From Elusimicrobiota bacterium (GTDB lineage: Bacteria > Elusimicrobiota > Elusimicrobia > F11), in the NCBI GenBank assembly GCA_046153645.1, contig JBJXGI010000040.1, positions 1-51,134 on the forward strand: a DNA stretch of 51,134 nucleotides, given 5' to 3'. A program made the translations under genes and the position numbers. Below are positions 48,801 to 51,134 of this stretch, piece after piece. How positions within the stretch are numbered: position 1 is the first letter of the stretch; every line of letters starts with the position of its first letter. The notes below the pieces were generated by a model. The model was not told where the DNA came from. It made no database searches and saw only the letters and a list, made by a program, of their open reading frames with translations.

Positions 48801-51075
48801 CAATTCTTCTTTGTGCATCTGTTTCCATTGTTTCCAGTCGTTGAGATATTTCTTCTGCTTTTTGCTGCATCTCAATTTTTTCGTTTTCAACCCGCATCAT
48901 GAGGTCTTTTTCCAGGTTATCAATGCGTTCTTTATCTTCTTGTACTTTTAGCTGCCAAAGTTTTTGTTCTTCTTCGGCTTTATTTTGAATGGTGCGTTCC
49001 ATTTCGATGAGTCTTTTCTGATCCGCTTTACTTTGGGCATCTAGCATCTCTCGTTCTTGGCGCATCCAAGACATGAAATCTTGTTTTTCTTTGTCTAATG
49101 ATTCTTTCTTTTGTTGTGATTCAACTTCGATTGCTTTGCGATCTTTTTCTAGTTGTTTAATCGAATCGGATCTGAGCGCTTCCCATTCTTGTTTTTCAAT
49201 TGATAGCGCGTATTCTTTTTCCTGAATTATTCGTTCGAGCTCTTTTCGTTTGGTTTGGTAGGAACGTTCCCGATTTTCATCATTTAATTTGGAATTGGTT
49301 TCTAAGAGTCTTAATCTTTCTGCATGAGCTCCTTCTAATTCATGGGAGCGACGTTTATATTCTTCTGAAAGTCTACCTTCAAAGTTTCTTTTTTCTTGAT
49401 CAGCTTGAGCCAGAATATTTCGTTCCATTTCTTGGACACGTTTTTCTTCTGCTTCGAGTCGACTTTGTAATTCTTTCGAACGGTTTTCCCATTCTTTTTG
49501 ACGGTCTAGGTCTAGGTTGTGTAATCGTTCGGTTTCTAATTTAACAAAAGCTTGGAATTCATCTCTTTGTTGTTGAACTTCAAAAGATGCTTTTTGTTTT
49601 TCTTGTTCCACAAGTGAGAGAAGTTTTTTGCGTTCGGTCTCAATTCCAATGGTGTATTGATCTTTGAGGGATTTTTCAATGGTCACTAGTTTTTGTTTTT
49701 CAAGACCAACAAATTGCTCAAAAATTCTTCGTTCGTTTTCCAATGATTGAATGTTTTGGTGTTTTAACGATTCAAATTGAACGTGATCGTTATCCAGTTG
49801 AATCTCTTTGTCTCTAAAAACTTTCTCTAGGGTTTCTCTCCTTGCTTTTAATGTTTTTTCGTGTTCTAATTCTTTTTCTGAAACTCGTTTTTCCCAGTCT
49901 GTTCTGATTTTCTCTAATTCGGTTTCTTTTGCGTACCATTGTTCTTTTAATGACACTTCTTTTTGAGACATGTCCTCTGCGAGTGCTCGTTGTCTCTCCA
50001 AATGCTCTTTTAGGAGATCATTAGAGCGGTCAATAAGCTGTTTTTCGATGGCTTGTTCTTTTTGACTTAAATCTCGCATCCTTCGAGACACTTCTCTTTG
50101 AAATTCTTCACGCTCAATTTTGATGCTTCCCATGGCGGTTTGTCGATCCATTTCAGAGCGGACTTTTTCAGCTTCAAGTTCTCCTATTTTTCTTTGGACG
50201 CTTTCTTCTAATGATTGTCGGCGGTTGCTTAAGTCTCTTTCCGATGCCGCATGTTGTTCTAAAAGTGATTTTCTTTCCTTATCTATATCTTTAAGCATGT
50301 CGCGGCGGGTATTTTCAATTTCTTGTTGAAGTTGGCCACGGTGTTTTTCGAGTTCTTCTTTTTTGAGTTGAAATCTTCTTTCGGCATCGGCTTCAATTCC
50401 GGCTTTTTCTCTTTGAAACTGAACCATGTGTTGACCCAGACGATCCTGCAGATTTCTTTCCTTTTGAATCATTTCATCTTGCATTTGGGTCATTCGAGAG
50501 GTGAATTCTTCTTGTAAGTGTTTTACTTTTTCGTTGTAAATTCTTTGGATTTCAGGTTCTAAGCTAACTAATTTTTCTCTTAAGGTAACAACTTCTAATT
50601 CTTTGGCGCGTGTGTGCTCCAATAAATTAAGACGTTCTTTATCGACTCGTTTTAAATTTTCTTCTGCTTTATTGATGTTATCTTCTAAAAGATTTTTTTG
50701 TCGAATTTGTTGGGCCAAATCATGTTCAAGAGCAAATATTCGGTCTTCTAGTTGTTTTTTTGCTTCTGCTTCTTGAGGGGCGTATTTTTTCCACAGTTGA
50801 TCCATGGAAGAGCCCATGAGTCCACGGTATTCTTCTAGAAGTTGTTGGGTTTTGGAGGAGATATCTTTTTCATTAATGGCAACGGTTGATTGATGGGCAA
50901 GTTCTTTGGAGAGTCGATTGGATTCATCTTCTTTGGAAATAATACGATTCGACAACTTTTGAACCTCATCGTCCATTTGTCGGATTTTTTCAAGGGACCA
51001 GCGGAGTGCTAGCTTCGCAGTTGATAAATCTGTGATGTCTTCGGTTTGGTACCGTTCTAAATCATCAGAATGCAT
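45874..51075 (-). CDS. Giant E/K/Q/R-rich coiled-coil protein of unknown function (~1733 aa)
   Basis: Uninterrupted ORF; GAGGA RBS before ATG 51075; almost no Pro or Gly; no TM, signal peptide or Walker motif visible. Confidence 0.85.
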   Translation of the reverse strand: MHSDDLERYQTEDITDLSTAKLALRWSLEKIRQMDDEVQKLSNRIISKEDESNRLSKELAHQSTVAINEKDISSKTQQLLEEYRGLMGSSMDQLWKKYAPQEAEAKKQLEDRIFALEHDLAQQIRQKNLLEDNINKAEENLKRVDKERLNLLEHTRAKELEVVTLREKLVSLEPEIQRIYNEKVKHLQEEFTSRMTQMQDEMIQKERNLQDRLGQHMVQFQREKAGIEADAERRFQLKKEELEKHRGQLQQEIENTRRDMLKDIDKERKSLLEQHAASERDLSNRRQSLEESVQRKIGELEAEKVRSEMDRQTAMGSIKIEREEFQREVSRRMRDLSQKEQAIEKQLIDRSNDLLKEHLERQRALAEDMSQKEVSLKEQWYAKETELEKIRTDWEKRVSEKELEHEKTLKARRETLEKVFRDKEIQLDNDHVQFESLKHQNIQSLENERRIFEQFVGLEKQKLVTIEKSLKDQYTIGIETERKKLLSLVEQEKQKASFEVQQQRDEFQAFVKLETERLHNLDLDRQKEWENRSKELQSRLEAEEKRVQEMERNILAQADQEKRNFEGRLSEEYKRRSHELEGAHAERLRLLETNSKLNDENRERSYQTKRKELERIIQEKEYALSIEKQEWEALRSDSIKQLEKDRKAIEVESQQKKESLDKEKQDFMSWMRQEREMLDAQSKADQKRLIEMERTIQNKAEEEQKLWQLKVQEDKERIDNLEKDLMMRVENEKIEMQQKAEEISQRLETMETDAQRRIDEEKAAAQTRIDSEYRIRMSELETVYQERKKELEDGTQKRIDQINLEKQEWMNQRQRAALDIENEKILIEENKAQFEIYKKKIEQENIDQLNESKFRMAQHERSEAERIAHLEKTLSEKQSLLDQERKQAQEETRKLEAALRAKVAQEQSEQMVQFEALQRQKMTELELASKSRIDQLESQYAEMQNKLQRMHDAKLNELDKIYADRDSQFILEKKQWEGARNASTEDLANERRKLIEEVEHRRQEVENKEKLLQQRHEDDRRILEAKAAAERQRLEALEEELRAKFESDIRSYKTHTDAEKQRLELLEAELHEKSRREQELFNQYVLEEKRRISNAENELRERLAAEKKEMEAKLEESFQRRTAAVEDLLKRRTQELEQIALEERKQHTRMFESKKAELEKAFQDKETLLLRERQQMEDEKSLAYQNLENEKQSLIIKTRNIEEKAKIDTETRENKEKEKLAVIEEALNAKLIEIENHKRALQQRETELEKTYSAKEENFALKQRKAEEHIATLEHSLQEQAIHSKKAWEETMLRNTEQMEKFEKDLRNRISMEQKSWEVKAEQSHRQLAQELEDLWKKRALQLEQDAELREQEREKAFQQLKKSLLLEVEETEAELKTTRDLMTQEKQEILQRLSQDRKSFEIQMEQERKRLQSVSDEMKKKLEVEQKTMYQQMEETLRARAVELESAWNDRNQRTDKKFEDDEIARNKMLQERQLALDNLEKKYKSDLERLEKENSARMIQMETQKNRWMAEHDDALKRLEELKARNAQESDMIRENYLKKEEYISNTLAQKEKEFDEYKKTVEIEWPARFENRVSEIAEKARRQLAEKETEFAEAKKKWVEEASEMKIKLSNKMNELQASYSQKEEDMQRKFMQKQHDLTIQVEKTMSELHTKQLSLEAQKSEFERLNEETQIRKQELEEAKKDLTKRLETITQEFMRQQSVMDEQMRRIQNEKHELQVELENISQKRRAA

Positions 51076-51134
51076 TAATATCCTCACCCATTAAGTTCAC
51101 ACTTAGATACATTAGGCTAAGGATAAGGGGGGGT

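Noticed and set aside
1769..50517. Numerous 60-115 aa ORFs antisense to or nested in long genes (e.g. 1769-2065, 28621-28965, 49200-49544)
   Set aside because: They are shadow frames of well-supported genes, with no motifs or RBS support.
45874..51075. SMC/SbcC or phage tape-measure protein
   Set aside because: No Walker A/B or hinge, no Ala/Gly-rich tape-measure composition and no phage genes nearby.
1..51134. CRISPR array, tRNA or rRNA genes
   Set aside because: No regularly spaced direct repeats or recognisable structural RNA genes were seen by eye.

Overview
AT-rich bacterial chromosomal window. Gene content and order suggest a diderm, possibly Elusimicrobiota-like, organism; this is inference only. 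From left to right it holds: (1) a minus-strand metal-uptake operon (CxxC/RAPP leader ORF, outer-membrane barrel, ZnuA-like SBP, ZnuC-like ATPase); (2) a dienelactone hydrolase plus a heme operon with a HemD-HemE fusion, hemN and hemH; (3) a ~6.5 kb accessory island between hemH and rpsO with two IS110 remnants, an internally deleted IS256, a decayed Phd/ParE toxin-antitoxin pair, integron-cassette-like genes, a lysozyme-like/DUF4431 pair and a GH26; (4) the housekeeping run rpsO-pnp-accB-ftsK-lolA-rodZ-pgsA-pgpA-recA-xerD and a thiolase; (5) a ~19.4 kb tightly coupled operon in which a MoxR/DUF58/BatA-vWA/DUF4159/DUF4175/peptidase module carries three tandem DUF2723 (TMEM260-like)-TPR and one ArnT/PMT-like GT-C glycosyltransferase genes; (6) a ~1730-aa coiled-coil protein. 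The best candidates for undescribed biology are the MoxR-vWA plus GT-C operon, the RAPP-type metal-sensing leader, the giant 11-residue-periodic coiled coil and the IS110-targeted cassette remnants. No rRNA, tRNA or CRISPR array was seen. Family assignments come from motif recognition by eye, not database searches.
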